Assembly: GCA_046754465.1 (NCBI GenBank)
Contig: JBHHVU010000021.1
Location: 1 to 47,809, forward strand
DNA: 47,809 nt
Origin: Nitrospinaceae bacterium
Lineage (GTDB): Bacteria > Nitrospinota > Nitrospinia > Nitrospinales > VA-1
Direction of reading: 5' to 3'
The notes under the pieces are model-generated. The model saw only the letters and a program-made list of their open reading frames with translations. It did no database searches and had not been told where the DNA came from. The translations under genes and the position numbers were made by a program. Position 1 is the first letter of the stretch, and the number at the start of each line of letters is the position of its first letter. Shown here in pieces: positions 9,143-18,937 of the stretch.

Positions 9143-10031
9143 TTCCCCGCGTGGCGGGGGATTGCGCGCACCGGAATCCCTGCCAGACTTTGAACACTCC
9201 GGGTTTTTCGTTGAACCGGTAGGTGGTTCGCATGTAATAGGCTTTGTAATACCAGTTGCCGCCGCGCAGGACTTTGGTGGTGCCTTCGGTGGGGCCTTGG
9301 GGATCCTTCCTGGGGGACTGTTCGTAATAATCGCCGGCGTACCAGTCGGACACCCACTCCCAGACGTTGCCTGCCATGTGATGCAGTCCGTATGGGGACC
9401 GGCCCCGGGTCAATCCATCGACCGGCCCCATGACCTTGAATCCCATTTCAGGAAATTTTCGCCGGAAGGTGACGCGGCTGTTATCGGGGAATTCGTTTCC
9501 CCAGGGAAAGATTCGCTGATCGGTTCCTCGCGCGGCTTTTTCCCATTCGGCTTCGGTGGGCAGGCGTTTACCTTTCCAGCGGCAAAAGGCGTCGGCGCCG
9601 TACCACGAGACGCGGTTGGCGGGGTACCGGCCGAGTCCGGGACGCGGCTGGTATGTGCCGTTTTTTTTCTCAAGGGTGACGGCAGGGCCCGGTTCAAAAT
9701 AGCGTGGGCTTTGTTCGGGGTGTTCGTTGAGAAACCGGGAAAACTCGGCGCCGGTCACTTCATAACGATCGATCCGGTACGCGCTCAGGAAAATTTCGTG
9801 CACCGGTTCTTCATCGGTATCGCCCCAGCTGTTTTCATTATCGATCTTGAAGCCCATGATAAAGGGTCCTTCGGGGATCGTTACCATATCGTCATCGTCC
9901 CGGACAGTTGCACCGGGATGGGGGATGGGAGCGCAGGCGGAAAGCAGGATGGCGAGGGCAAGAAAAAGGGCGAGATACCTGGGCGTGATTCGATTCACGG
10001 GAATGTATGCAAGGGAGAACCGGAACGTCAT
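9135..10031 (-). CDS. FGE-sulfatase/SUMF1-fold lipoprotein
   Basis: FIMG, RYEVT, PANRVSWYGA, RLPTEAEWEKAARG, MAGNVWEW, LRGGNW, GFRCA; lipobox LLSAC. Start placed at ATG 10031. Confidence 0.88.
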   Translation of the reverse strand: MTFRFSLAYIPVNRITPRYLALFLALAILLSACAPIPHPGATVRDDDDMVTIPEGPFIMGFKIDNENSWGDTDEEPVHEIFLSAYRIDRYEVTGAEFSRFLNEHPEQSPRYFEPGPAVTLEKKNGTYQPRPGLGRYPANRVSWYGADAFCRWKGKRLPTEAEWEKAARGTDQRIFPWGNEFPDNSRVTFRRKFPEMGFKVMGPVDGLTRGRSPYGLHHMAGNVWEWVSDWYAGDYYEQSPRKDPQGPTEGTTKVLRGGNWYYKAYYMRTTYRFNEKPGVFKVWQGFRCAQSPATRGRR

Positions 10032-10048
10032 GGAGTCTTTTCGGTGGA

Positions 10049-11839
10049 TTATTTGTTTTGAACGGACGGATGCAGGTTCTGCTCCGGTTCTCCGGATGGC
10101 ATTTCGGAGGGGGCCGCGCCCCGGGGAAGAAAAATGGAAAACCGTGTGCCCCGGCCCACCTCGCTGAAGACATCGATCGCCCCGCCGTTTTGGTGAACGA
10201 TCTGGTAGACGGTGGCAAGACCCAGTCCGACCCCGTTTTCCTTGGTGGTGTAAAATGGGTCGAAGATGTTCTTCAAATGATCCCCGGGTATGCCGCATCC
10301 CTGATCTTCAATGGTCAGGATGTATCCGCGTTTGTCAGAGTGGTAACTGACGTTTTGGAAGGAGGGAACCGGATCCAGGGAAATGGTGAGGGTTCCGCCG
10401 GACTTCATGGCCTGCATTCCGTTGATGCAAAGATTCCAGACCATTTGTTTGATCTGCTGCTCGTCGGCGTGGATGATCAGATGATCGGCTTTTCTCTTGA
10501 ATTCTATCTGTGCGGAGGATGGGAATTCGCCGTTATTTTTGATCAAGGTGATGACATCCTGGACGATTTGGGTGAAATCGGCCAGGGTTTTCCGATTTTT
10601 TTTCGGCTGGGAATAGTTCAGGAAATCGGAGAGGATCGAATTGAGCCGGTCGGTTTCCTTGATGACGATTTCCATGAGCCGGTGGTAGTAACTTTCGAGT
10701 TTCAATCCTTTGTTGAGAACCTGGATGGAACCGCTGAGGGAGGCGAGGGGATTCCTGATTTCGTGGGCGATGCCGGCGGAGAAGCGTCCGACGGCGGCCA
10801 ATTGTTCCGCCTGGAAAATTTTTTCCTGCATTTCCCTGAATTCCGTCAGGTCTTCGAATACGCAAATGTACCCTTTGAAGGGGTCCGCGTCCGGACCGGA
10901 GAAACGGCTGATCTTCATGCGAACGAAGATGGTTTTACCGTCCCTGCGCCGGCACCTTCCTTCGGCCTGCTGGGGCGGGGACAGGGCATCGGGCTTGCCG
11001 AACAGTTTCTCCAGGGCGGGAATGGGAAGGAGGGCGCTGCAAGGCTGGCCCCGGCTTTCCTCCAGCGGGTAACCGGTAATATCCTCCGCGGCCTGGTTGG
11101 CGGAGGTGATTCGTCCTTCCCCGTCGGTGGTGATCAAGCCGGTCCCCATGTCCCGCACGACGTTTTGGTGGAAAGCCTGCAATTCCCGCAGGTCCCGGCT
11201 TTTCAGCAACAGTTCTTCATTCATGGAGCGCAGGCGCTGATTGAGGAGAATGCCCAGATAGGCGACGGTGAAAAACGAAGCGATATTCAGGATGATAATA
11301 TAAAACACATACCCGCTCGCGAAAGAAACCCCGGCTCCGCGAAACAGGTAAAAGGGATGGATGAGGTTGAAATATTCCAGGTCCAGCAACAGGCCATAGA
11401 GAATACTGGCCCCGGAAGCCACCATGTAGCAGGCGGGACGGGAAAGGACGGAGGCCGCGGCAATGATGACAAACAGGAACAGAAATGACAGCGGGCTCTG
11501 GATGCCCCCGGTGGTGTACAGGATGCCACCCGCCAACGCAAGGTCGCCCACAGCCTGAATGGAGGCGCTGGTGGCGGGTTTGAGGACCTTGAACAACAGG
11601 GAGTAAAGGATAGATAAGAAATAACCCGCGCCGATCACCACGAGAAATGGCACGATGGGGGCGGAAAACCCGATGTGCTGCTGAAAGGGGAGGATGAGGG
11701 CCACAAAGCCCGTGAGGAATCCAACCCGTAACACCAGAATGGTTTTTACCCGCTGGACTTGGTCCAGGTCCGGGTGGTTTTTCTTGCGATTCATGTGACC
11801 GGATTGAATGATACGTGATCGGTTCGGACCATTGGACAC
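10049..11839 (-). CDS. pilS: PilS-like membrane sensor histidine kinase with PAS domain
   Basis: Multiple N-terminal TM helices (TGGIQSPLSFLF), PAS region, H-box AHEIRNPL, NLCING, DQGCG, FDPFYTTK, GLGL; lies in a pilus operon. Confidence 0.82.
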   Translation of the reverse strand: MSNGPNRSRIIQSGHMNRKKNHPDLDQVQRVKTILVLRVGFLTGFVALILPFQQHIGFSAPIVPFLVVIGAGYFLSILYSLLFKVLKPATSASIQAVGDLALAGGILYTTGGIQSPLSFLFLFVIIAAASVLSRPACYMVASGASILYGLLLDLEYFNLIHPFYLFRGAGVSFASGYVFYIIILNIASFFTVAYLGILLNQRLRSMNEELLLKSRDLRELQAFHQNVVRDMGTGLITTDGEGRITSANQAAEDITGYPLEESRGQPCSALLPIPALEKLFGKPDALSPPQQAEGRCRRRDGKTIFVRMKISRFSGPDADPFKGYICVFEDLTEFREMQEKIFQAEQLAAVGRFSAGIAHEIRNPLASLSGSIQVLNKGLKLESYYHRLMEIVIKETDRLNSILSDFLNYSQPKKNRKTLADFTQIVQDVITLIKNNGEFPSSAQIEFKRKADHLIIHADEQQIKQMVWNLCINGMQAMKSGGTLTISLDPVPSFQNVSYHSDKRGYILTIEDQGCGIPGDHLKNIFDPFYTTKENGVGLGLATVYQIVHQNGGAIDVFSEVGRGTRFSIFLPRGAAPSEMPSGEPEQNLHPSVQNK

Positions 11840-11859
11840 CTTACCTCCGCAAATGGAGT

Positions 11860-13059
11860 TTAAATCGTGTCCCCCATCTTAAAGATGGGCAGGTACATGG
11901 CGACCACGATGAATCCCACCACAATTCCCAGGAAGACCATGAGCATAGGTTCCAGGAGAGAGGTGAGGGACGTGACGGCGGTATCGACTTCCTCATCGTA
12001 GAAATCGGCGATTTTGGTGCACATTTTGTCCAGGGAGCCGGAGTTTTCCCCAACATCGATCATCTGCACGACCATGGGCGGGAAGATGGATTCCCGGGCC
12101 AGGGGCGCGGCGATGCTTTCACCATCCTTGATGGCTTTGATGGTATTGAACACGGCCTGTTCCACGGTCTTGTTGCCGGAGGTCCTGGCGCATATATCCA
12201 GACCTTCGAGGAGCGGCACGCCGGCGGCCACGAGGGTTCCCAGGGTTCGGCTGAACTTGGCGACGGATACTTTCCGGATGAGCGTGCCGATCACTGGAAA
12301 TTTCAAGGCCCATTTGTCGATGAAGGCGCGGCCCCGTTCGGTGGAATAGACCTTTCTGATGAGGAAGATGAACGCGGCGATTCCACCGAACAGGTAATAC
12401 CATTGGTTCCGGAAGAAATCACTGATCACCATGACGATTTGCGTGGGCCCCGGCAATTCCGCTCCCCCTTTGGCGAATAAGGTGGCGAATGCGGGGATGA
12501 CGAATATCATGAGAAAGGCGACCACGCTAACGGCCACGGTAATGATCACCCCCGGATACACCATTGCCGATTTGACCCTCTTTTTGAGGGATTCGGCTTT
12601 TTCAATATACTCGGCGAGCCGCCGGAGGATGCGGTCGAGGATTCCCCCCATTTCTCCCGCTTCCACCAGGTTGCAGTAAAGATTGTCGAAAACCTTGGGA
12701 TGTTTTCTCAGGGAGGTGGAAAGATCGCTTCCTTTCTCGATACTCGTCTTGACCTGGAGAATGATTTCCCCAAACGTTTTATTATCCGACTGTTTTCCAA
12801 GAATATCCAGGCATTGAACGAGGGGAAGTCCCGCATCGACCATGGTGGAGAACTGGCGGGTGAAAATGACGATATCCCTGCCGGTGATTTTCTGTTTGGC
12901 GGGACCGAACAGAGCGCTTGAACCGCCTTTCTTCTTGATGGACGTGACGCGGATTTTCTGCTGTTTGAGTTTCGCGACGGCGGACCTTTCGTCCTCCGCG
13001 TCCACTTCTCCTTTTTTGAGTTGGCCTCGAACTCTTGTTCTATACGTAAAGGTTGGCAC
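11860..13059 (-). CDS. pilC: Type IV pilus inner-membrane platform protein (T2SSF family)
   Basis: FTRQFSTMVDAGLPL, AGEMGG, SAMVYP, FSRTLGTL, LLEP, AMYLPIF. Confidence 0.93.
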   Translation of the reverse strand: MPTFTYRTRVRGQLKKGEVDAEDERSAVAKLKQQKIRVTSIKKKGGSSALFGPAKQKITGRDIVIFTRQFSTMVDAGLPLVQCLDILGKQSDNKTFGEIILQVKTSIEKGSDLSTSLRKHPKVFDNLYCNLVEAGEMGGILDRILRRLAEYIEKAESLKKRVKSAMVYPGVIITVAVSVVAFLMIFVIPAFATLFAKGGAELPGPTQIVMVISDFFRNQWYYLFGGIAAFIFLIRKVYSTERGRAFIDKWALKFPVIGTLIRKVSVAKFSRTLGTLVAAGVPLLEGLDICARTSGNKTVEQAVFNTIKAIKDGESIAAPLARESIFPPMVVQMIDVGENSGSLDKMCTKIADFYDEEVDTAVTSLTSLLEPMLMVFLGIVVGFIVVAMYLPIFKMGDTI

Positions 13060-13084
13060 GGGAGTTTCCTTTAGAGTGCATGCA

Positions 13085-13492
13085 TCAATTTGCCTTGAGG
13101 GACTGACGGGTGTTGTCCAACTCCGAGCCGATCCGGGTCAGCATGTCGGTGGTGCTTCGCAGGCGCTGGACGAGGGCGCCGATGATCGCGCGTAAATCCT
13201 CCGGCAGGCTTTGCAGAATGCGGTCGAAATTTTCTTTCTCGATAAAACCCACCGTCACGTCTCCGATGGCGGAAACCGTGGCGCTGCGGACTGTTTGGGA
13301 AATCAAGCCCATTTCTCCAAAGACGTCGCCTTTTTTCAGGGATCCAATAACGATGGTTTTTTTATCGACCTTTTTGGTGATTTGAACCTCGCCCGATAAA
13401 ACGATGTAGGCGTTGTTACTGATGATTCCCTCGGTGACGATTACATCCCCGTCGGAAAAATGCTGAACAATCGAGGTCTCTATTAAATTCAT
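13085..13492 (-). CDS. Stand-alone cyclic-nucleotide-binding domain protein
   Basis: YIVLSGEV, GDVFGEMGLI...RSATV; no HTH domain. Confidence 0.88.
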   Translation of the reverse strand: MNLIETSIVQHFSDGDVIVTEGIISNNAYIVLSGEVQITKKVDKKTIVIGSLKKGDVFGEMGLISQTVRSATVSAIGDVTVGFIEKENFDRILQSLPEDLRAIIGALVQRLRSTTDMLTRIGSELDNTRQSLKAN

Positions 13493-14193
13493 GATTTCCC
13501 CATGGCGTGTAAGGATTCTTTGAAAACTTTGTAAAAAGCATCATTCTCGGTGATGGATTTTTTTAATATCCGGGGAAGCTTGTCCATGTCCTTTGGATTG
13601 ATGACCACATTGACACTATGAGTGAAAGCATCCATGTTGTTCAAGGTTTTGAAGTTCGCCCCCACCACGGCAAAAAAGATGTTCCGCCGGGTAGACATAT
13701 TCATTTCCACCAGGCTCTTGTATACCGGGTTTTCGGAAAGGGGAATCCCGCCGAAATTTTCATTCAGTGCCACAAGGTGGAAATGGGTGAACCGCATTTT
13801 ATGCACTGCGTGTTCGGGGGAGCGGGCCATTTGAATCTTGTATCCCAGTTCCTCCAGGGCTTCGGTCCACGGGTCCCGGTTCGTGTCGTCCAGGACCAGG
13901 GCGATCCGGTCGTTGTCGCCGTACAGCAACAAGTCCTCATCTTCATCCTCGAAATCTGTTCGCAGGACAAAGCGGGATATATCGACCGAGGATTCTTCCA
14001 TTTTTTCCCGGGGGGCGGGAGGCGGGGCTCCAGGTTCCCGCGGGGTTTCTTCCGGAGGCGGGGTTTTCAAGTGCGCTTCCACCCGGACCTTCGCCCTGCA
14101 GGCGGGACAGACTATGGAACAGGCACGGCCCCGGGGCAGTTTTTCATCGGGAATGTTTATGTGTTGCTCGCACACACCGCATTGAATTTGCAT
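13489..14193 (-). CDS. Zinc-ribbon protein with Pro-rich linker and C-terminal receiver-like domain
   Basis: CGVC and CPAC pairs; C-terminal alpha/beta pattern ALVLDD...LGYKI...FHLVALNE. Confidence 0.7.
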   Translation of the reverse strand: MQIQCGVCEQHINIPDEKLPRGRACSIVCPACRAKVRVEAHLKTPPPEETPREPGAPPPAPREKMEESSVDISRFVLRTDFEDEDEDLLLYGDNDRIALVLDDTNRDPWTEALEELGYKIQMARSPEHAVHKMRFTHFHLVALNENFGGIPLSENPVYKSLVEMNMSTRRNIFFAVVGANFKTLNNMDAFTHSVNVVINPKDMDKLPRILKKSITENDAFYKVFKESLHAMGKS

Positions 14194-14216
14194 CTTGCGT
14201 CTTTCCGTTTACGGGT

Positions 14217-15386
14217 TTATCGGTATTGTTCCTGGTAATCATTGTCCATGGACAGATCTTCGATGTCCGTCGTTTTTTCTCCCCGGGCGGCTTTGATGGC
14301 GTCTATTCCCCGGCCGACGACGGCTTTGCGGGACGCGTAGGCCAGGGCGGTTTCCTCGGAGATCAGTCCTTCCTCGAACCGTTTCAGAATATGTTTGTCG
14401 AAGGTCCACATTCCATAGGGTTCTCCCTGGGAGAGAATGTCGTAAAAGGTTTTTCCCTCGGATTCCCCGTTCATGATGGCATCCTTGACACGGAGGCTGG
14501 TGGACAGGATTTCGAACAGGGCGATTCGGCCTCCCCCCACTTTGGGGACCAGCCTCTGACTGATGATCCACCGGATGGTGTCCGCGAGGCGGATCCGGAT
14601 TTGCTGTTCTTCCTCCTTGGAAAACATGCCCACAATGCGGTTGATGGTTTGTCCGGCATCGACGGTATGCAGGGTGCTGAGGACGAGGTGTCCCGTTTCG
14701 GCGGCGCTCATGCCGATTTCGACGGTTTCCCGGTCGCGCATTTCCCCGACCAGGATCACTTTGGGCGCCTGCCGCAAGGCGGCGCGTAAACCCGTGGAAA
14801 ACGCATCGAAATCGTTGCCCAGTTCCCTCTGGTTGAACGTGGCCCGGCGGTGGGGATGCGAGAATTCGATAGGATCCTCCAGGGTGATGATGTGGATGGA
14901 TTTCTCATGGTTAATTTTATTGAGAATGGCCGCCAGGGTGGTGGATTTCCCGCTGCCGGTGGCGCCGGTGACCAAAACCAGTCCGTTCTTTTCTTCCGCC
15001 ACTTTCCCGAACTGCGGCGGCAGGTTCATGTCCTCGATCGAGGGAATCCGGGTTTCCAGTTTTCGCAGAACGGCGCTGTAGTGGTTGCGTTGGGAAAATA
15101 TGTTGACGCGGAAACGGACCTTTCCTACCAGGAAATAGGAGCAGTCGCAGGAACCTTCCCGAATCAGCGTTTCTGTCAGCCTGCGATCGGAATTGATCAG
15201 GTTCAAGGCGAAGATTTCCGCTTGAAACGGGGTGATATTTCCCATCGCTGGTTCCATGGATACATCGGTCAACTGGCCGGAAGCCTCCACCTGGAAGGAT
15301 TTTCCCGCGGTAATATTGAGGTCGGAAATATTTCCGTGGGATTCGAGCATGGTGGTCAGGATGTGGTCGATCTCGGCTTTTCTCAT
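14217..15386 (-). CDS. PilT/PilU-family pilus retraction ATPase (PilU-like)
   Basis: Walker A GATGSGKS, TLEDPIE, LVGEMRD, TGHLVLSTLHT; lacks the AIRNLIRE motif. Confidence 0.9.
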   Translation of the reverse strand: MRKAEIDHILTTMLESHGNISDLNITAGKSFQVEASGQLTDVSMEPAMGNITPFQAEIFALNLINSDRRLTETLIREGSCDCSYFLVGKVRFRVNIFSQRNHYSAVLRKLETRIPSIEDMNLPPQFGKVAEEKNGLVLVTGATGSGKSTTLAAILNKINHEKSIHIITLEDPIEFSHPHRRATFNQRELGNDFDAFSTGLRAALRQAPKVILVGEMRDRETVEIGMSAAETGHLVLSTLHTVDAGQTINRIVGMFSKEEEQQIRIRLADTIRWIISQRLVPKVGGGRIALFEILSTSLRVKDAIMNGESEGKTFYDILSQGEPYGMWTFDKHILKRFEEGLISEETALAYASRKAVVGRGIDAIKAARGEKTTDIEDLSMDNDYQEQYR

Positions 15387-15395
15387 GATGCGGTC

Positions 15396-16469
15396 TCAGA
15401 TAAACTCCGGGAGCTTTTTCAGGAACTGAATGAACCGTTCCTTGGAAATGGCTTTATCGTAAGCGTCCTCGGCGCTGATTTTTCTCCCCTTTAAAGCATC
15501 CAGAATGGCATCGTCCAGGGACTGCATGCCGAATTTCTTTCCGGTCTGGATGGCGGATGGGATCTGGAATGTTTTTCCTTCGCGAATGAGGTTGGAAACC
15601 GCGGGTGTCACGACCAGAACCTCGATGACCGCCAGCCGTCCCCTTTTATCCGTTCGTTTGAACAGGTTTTGCGCCACCACGCCCTTGAGAGTTTCCGACA
15701 GGGTTGTCCGGATCTGCGGTTGCTGATGGGCGGGGAAAACATCAATCACGCGGTCGATGGTTTTCGCGGCGCTTTGAGTGTGCAGGGTGCCGAAAACCAG
15801 ATGGCCCGTGGATGCCGCTTCGAGCGCCAGCTCGATCGTTTCCAGGTCACGCATTTCACCGACCAGGATGATATCGGGATCTTCTCGCAGGGCGCCCCGG
15901 AGGGCGGATTTGAATCCCTGGGTATGCAGGCCGACTTCCCGGTGATTGATCACGCAGTTCTGGTTCTGGTGAACGAACTCGACGGGGTCTTCAATGGTGA
16001 TGATGTGGCTTTTCTTATTTTTGTTGATGTGATCCACCATGGAGGCCAGGGTGGTGGATTTACCACTTCCCGTCGGACCGGTGACCAGCACCAATCCCTT
16101 GTGGAGCATGGCCAGTTTGGTGATTACTGAGGGAAGTCCCAGTTGTTCCGCCGTCAGAATCTGGGTAGGAATTTCGCGGAAAACCGCCCCAATGCCCCAT
16201 TTCTGCTGAAAGTAATTGGCCCGGTACCGCGCCAGTTTGGGAATCTCGTAGGCGAAATCCACGTCGCCGGTTTCCTCGAAGACCTTGATTTTGTCTTCCG
16301 GCGCAATTTCATAGAGGAGGGATTTCAGTTCATCATTTCCTAAAATCTTGTATTTGACCCGCTCCATATCCCCGTGGACCCGGAGAATCGGTTGGGAGCC
16401 GGCCACCAGGTGCAGGTCGGACGCACCCTGTTCATTCATCAATTTGAAAAACGCATCTATTTTCGCCAC
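15396..16469 (-). CDS. pilT: Type IV pilus retraction ATPase
   Basis: ASDLHL, GPTGSGKS, TIEDPVE, ALREDPD, VGEMRD, AVSNLIRE, GMQ. Confidence 0.93.
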   Translation of the reverse strand: MAKIDAFFKLMNEQGASDLHLVAGSQPILRVHGDMERVKYKILGNDELKSLLYEIAPEDKIKVFEETGDVDFAYEIPKLARYRANYFQQKWGIGAVFREIPTQILTAEQLGLPSVITKLAMLHKGLVLVTGPTGSGKSTTLASMVDHINKNKKSHIITIEDPVEFVHQNQNCVINHREVGLHTQGFKSALRGALREDPDIILVGEMRDLETIELALEAASTGHLVFGTLHTQSAAKTIDRVIDVFPAHQQPQIRTTLSETLKGVVAQNLFKRTDKRGRLAVIEVLVVTPAVSNLIREGKTFQIPSAIQTGKKFGMQSLDDAILDALKGRKISAEDAYDKAISKERFIQFLKKLPEFI

Positions 16470-16472
16470 GGT

Positions 16473-17561
16473 TCAATCTAGAAGCTGGGAGGTAATCACA
16501 AAATCCCGAATGACATCGCTGGAACCGGAAGGCAGGTCCAGCGCCTGTCCGTTCAAAAATAAGTAGGTGCCTCTTTTGTTACCTATCGTGACGAGAAATT
16601 TTTGGTTTCCGTAGAAGCTTTTCTGAGTGCCGCCGGGAAGAATGAAATCTTCCTCCGAGCCCCCATCCACCTTCAGGTTGAACCAGGAATTCCCCTGAAC
16701 CTGAATCAGCAAATGCAGGGGTTTGACAACCAGTTGTGGGGGGTCCGGTTCGGAATCCGTCACGCCCGAAATTTTTGTAACATCTTGAATTATAACCTCT
16801 TTTTTTGGCGGATCGGAAATTTTTTCCGTTTCCACCGATTCTTTCGGGGTTTGTGGACCTCGAGCGGATTCCTGGGCGGTGGATTCCGGTGATTTTTTCT
16901 TCGGTTCGGGGGCTGTGGTCAAGGCTTTCTTATTTTTCTTGCCGGCGCCGGGTGCGGCCGTTTTTTCCTTGGCAGCCACCGGTGGGGTGGTACCGTGGTC
17001 CGAATCGTTTTTGGGTTTCACCTCCTTTTTGTTCCCGGCGGAGGGTTCCGGGGTTTTTTCAGGAACGGGCTCCCCGGCGGTTTGGGTATTTTTCGCCCCT
17101 TCCGCGGTAGCCGCAGGTTCCTGTTGGGGGGTGGAGGGGGAGGATTCCCCGGCAGGGGCGGGTTTTTCCTTTTCATTGCCGGCAATCAAATCCACCATGA
17201 TATTGCCCGCCACGATCAGGCCCGCCAAGGCGGCCGCCGCCATGCCGTATCCCAATAGTCTTCCTTTTTTCATTGCGGAATTGTTTTTGGAAGCGCGGGT
17301 TTTCTCGATATCCGCCCTGCGATTTTTCCCAACCGTATCGTCATAGGTGTTGATCATATCCTCGGCGCTGGACCCGATCGCCTTAGCATAAGAGCGGATA
17401 TACCCCTTGATGAAAACCTCGCCCGGGAGTTCGTCGAAATGGTTGTTCTCCAGGGCCTGCAGAAACCGTATGTGGATTTTGGTGGCCCCGGCAATTTCTT
17501 CCAGGGGAACTCCGCGGAGTTCCCGTTCATGTCTTAAATACAAGCCAAAGTTTTCAACCAT
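16473..17561 (-). CDS. rodZ: RodZ-like protein (HTH, TM helix, linker, DUF4115-like domain)
   Basis: FGLYLRHERE...ATKI...LPGEVFIKGYIRSYA; single TM; C-terminal VTIGN...LNGQ. Confidence 0.82.
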   Translation of the reverse strand: MVENFGLYLRHERELRGVPLEEIAGATKIHIRFLQALENNHFDELPGEVFIKGYIRSYAKAIGSSAEDMINTYDDTVGKNRRADIEKTRASKNNSAMKKGRLLGYGMAAAALAGLIVAGNIMVDLIAGNEKEKPAPAGESSPSTPQQEPAATAEGAKNTQTAGEPVPEKTPEPSAGNKKEVKPKNDSDHGTTPPVAAKEKTAAPGAGKKNKKALTTAPEPKKKSPESTAQESARGPQTPKESVETEKISDPPKKEVIIQDVTKISGVTDSEPDPPQLVVKPLHLLIQVQGNSWFNLKVDGGSEEDFILPGGTQKSFYGNQKFLVTIGNKRGTYLFLNGQALDLPSGSSDVIRDFVITSQLLD

Positions 17562-17564
17562 GAT

Positions 17565-18368
17565 TTATTTTATCTGTTCGATAAGGTCCAAGTATTTTCT
17601 GGATAACTGAGCCCACTGGCTGCCCGGAGCCAGCTTGATCACCTGTTTTAAGTGTTCGATGGCGAGATCCATTTTCTTGTCCTTGATGAATAATTGCGCC
17701 ATTTCGTAGTGAGCCTGGGGGAATTTGGGGTTGAGCGAGACGGCGATTTTCAGGGAATCGAGGGCTTTCCCGAAATGTTCATGGTCCATATAGGCCAAGG
17801 CCAGGTTCAACCGGATGGCGGCATTATCTTTCAGCTTGATCGCCTCCAGCCATTCCCTTTCTGCATCAGGAAATTTCCCCAGGTTGTAATAGCTGAGCGC
17901 CAGCCAATTATATACCCGGTGGGGCAGTGGCGTCCCCGGCCGCTTGAGATCCTCCTTGAAATTTTTCGCCGCCTGGGTCCAATCCCCCTTTTGCATGTAG
18001 AGACGTCCGATCTGGCGGTAGGCATCCTTGGAATCGGGGTTGATCTCAAGGGTTTTTTTCAATTCTTTTTCCGCCTTGTCCAGGTCACCGTCCAGGAAAT
18101 AGCTCGTGCCAAGGTGCAGGTGGTAATTGGCATTTTGAGGATCCAGAGAGACCGCCTCCTGGAAACTGGCGATCATTTCCTTTCTTTTATTGATCGAACC
18201 GTATTCAAGTCCTTCCTGGAATTTTTTTTGCCCCGGAGAGGAGTTTTTTTCAATGACCGACTTTTCTTCAGTTGCGCAACCCTGCAGAACGGCCCCTGCC
18301 AGTCCCAGAGCGGCGATCAGGAAAACCTGACGGATCCAAATGCGGAATTTATTCGGTGACTTGTCCAT
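17565..18368 (-). CDS. TPR lipoprotein (PilF/PilW-like pilotin candidate)
   Basis: Lipobox LQGC, tandem TPRs; position upstream of rodZ mirrors pilF-rodZ synteny. Confidence 0.75.
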   Translation of the reverse strand: MDKSPNKFRIWIRQVFLIAALGLAGAVLQGCATEEKSVIEKNSSPGQKKFQEGLEYGSINKRKEMIASFQEAVSLDPQNANYHLHLGTSYFLDGDLDKAEKELKKTLEINPDSKDAYRQIGRLYMQKGDWTQAAKNFKEDLKRPGTPLPHRVYNWLALSYYNLGKFPDAEREWLEAIKLKDNAAIRLNLALAYMDHEHFGKALDSLKIAVSLNPKFPQAHYEMAQLFIKDKKMDLAIEHLKQVIKLAPGSQWAQLSRKYLDLIEQIK

Positions 18369-18937
18369 AACTCCATAGCTTTCATTTGATTATCGGAATT
18401 TTGAGTTTGAAGTTCATGCCCGGGAGGGTCCGGAGTCTCCACCGGTTTCCTCTCCCTGGCGCATTAACTCCTGTTTTGTCATTTTTCGGCAAAATCAAAA
18501 TAAAACTAAAGAAAACAAGCTCACAGCCGATAATAAAAGCGACGAATTTTGCTCATTTTCACTGAATGGGCGCTGGAAATCAGGTTATTTGGAATTAGGG
18601 TCAAATCCTCCCTAACCGGGAGGAAATTTTAACAAATTTATCGTAATAAATATATTATAATAAAAATAGTTTGTAATTTAAAGTCTGGAAACGAAGGGGG
18701 CCATGGCCCAAAAATCTAAAATCCGATTGAATTTACTGGTTTTGTTTGTTTTTCCAAAATAAATAATGATGAGTTTTGCGTCCCGGTGCAACCATCGGGA
18801 TTTGGAGGTTTGATATATGTTTAAATTTTTTGATTCACTCAACCGGGAAGGGGGGTGAGCGCGGAAAACAAAAGGTTTTTTATTCAGCACAACAAGAAAA
18901 CACAATTTCAAATTTGAATATATAGGAGTCCAGTCTA

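Noticed and set aside
7986..10031. Diversity-generating retroelement (FGE/CLec-fold target gene with a downstream hairpin)
   Set aside because: No reverse transcriptase and no template repeat matching the gene's 3' end. The repeat covers only the last few codons and its mismatches are not adenine-specific.
10007..11488. 493-aa plus-strand ORF
   Set aside because: Antisense shadow of pilS with no recognisable motifs.
18770..18805. c-di-GMP-I riboswitch-like GGGACGCAAA on the minus strand upstream of the pilus operon
   Set aside because: A stem (TCCCGGTG/CATCGGGA) exists, but the GNRA tetraloop and second stem with its receptor are missing. It may be a protein-binding palindrome; an Rfam scan would settle it.
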